From Candidatus Moraniibacteriota bacterium (GTDB lineage: Bacteria > Patescibacteriota > Minisyncoccia > Moranbacterales > UBA1568): a stretch of DNA of 64,000 bases. Below, piece by piece: positions 63,616 to 64,000 of this stretch; within the stretch, counting starts at the first letter, position 1, and the number at the start of each line of letters is the position of its first letter. Under the pieces are notes generated by a model. That model had not been told where the DNA came from, did no database searches, and was given only the letters and a program-made list of their open reading frames with translations. The stretch spans positions 101,112 through 165,111 of the forward strand of contig CAVZUR010000004.1 of NCBI GenBank assembly GCA_963778555.1. Direction: 5' to 3'. A program made the translations under genes and the position numbers.

Positions 63616-64000
63616 TTAACTCAACGGTCCGCTGCGCTCATCCTCGATCAGTACTTCTTTGAGCGTTTCCATATCGTCGAGTACGATGCCCGTACCACGC
63701 ACCACGGCCGTCAATGGGTCTTCCACACGATTCACCGGGATGCCCGTCTGGCTCGCGATGAGCCGATCGAGACCGCGGGTGAGGCTGCCGCCGCCGGACA
63801 GGGCGATGCCGCGCTGCATGATATCCGAGATGAGTTCGGGCGGCGTCTCTTCGATGAGCGTTTTGATATTGTTCACGATGATCCGGATCGAACGCGACAG
63901 CGCTTCGCGGACATGCTCGTCGGTGATGACCACTTCTTTCGGCAAACCCGAGACGAGATCGCGGCCGCGAATCGAATACTGGAGCCGTTCTTTCAGCGGG
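63616..64000 (-). CDS. mreB: rod shape-determining protein MreB (C-terminal part; gene continues beyond the window end)
   Basis: IALSGGGSLTRGLDRLIASQTGIPV actin-fold C-terminus. Confidence 0.9.
   Translation of the reverse strand, partial: PLKERLQYSIRGRDLVSGLPKEVVITDEHVREALSRSIRIIVNNIKTLIEETPPELISDIMQRGIALSGGGSLTRGLDRLIASQTGIPVNRVEDPLTAVVRGTGIVLDDMETLKEVLIEDERSGPLS

Overview
Bacterial chromosomal window, moderately GC-rich by eye, with most genes on the minus strand. The coding repertoire suggests a small-genome, Gram-positive-type or Patescibacteria-like lineage, because it includes DUF4012, many glycosyltransferases and SipW-cognate secreted proteins, but the lineage is an inference. Housekeeping genes, in window order: rpmA, pyrG, rplI, queA, a pyrE-like PRTase, pyrF, a NUDIX-Ldt-HD-ASCH-secA operon, hpf, a murB-murC-murG-ftsW-trmD block, rseP, frr, serS, lysS, greA, and mrdA-mreD-mreC-mreB. 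tRNA genes: tRNA-Ala(CGC), tRNA-Lys(TTT) and tRNA-Val(CAC). Accessory content sits in three zones. (i) 16.9-21.4 kb holds a giant surface-protein gene built from about 1.4-kb tandem repeats encoding LamG_3 (concanavalin-like) domains; its middle copy is heavily degenerate. (ii) 21.8-29.4 kb holds a SipW-type signal peptidase, four paralogous TasA/camelysin-like secreted proteins with SipW-cognate signal peptides, and two membrane proteins. This looks like an undescribed fibre- or pilus-like secretion and assembly locus. (iii) 36-52 kb holds a surface-polysaccharide and envelope island with DUF4012, Wzz-like proteins, GT4 enzymes, a beta-helix protein, an O-antigen-ligase-like protein, secreted proteins and lipoproteins. 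A striking property is a high, unevenly distributed burden of frameshifts. secA, queA, murB, murC, a NUDIX gene, an ADP-forming acyl-CoA synthetase, a GT4 gene, a methyltransferase and rseP are all split across frames, while long neighbouring genes are intact. This points to indel errors or local low-quality assembly rather than real loss of essential genes. A tRNA-Val gene also lies nested between two base-pairing halves of a second tRNA-like gene. No CRISPR array, rRNA, integrase or transposase was seen.
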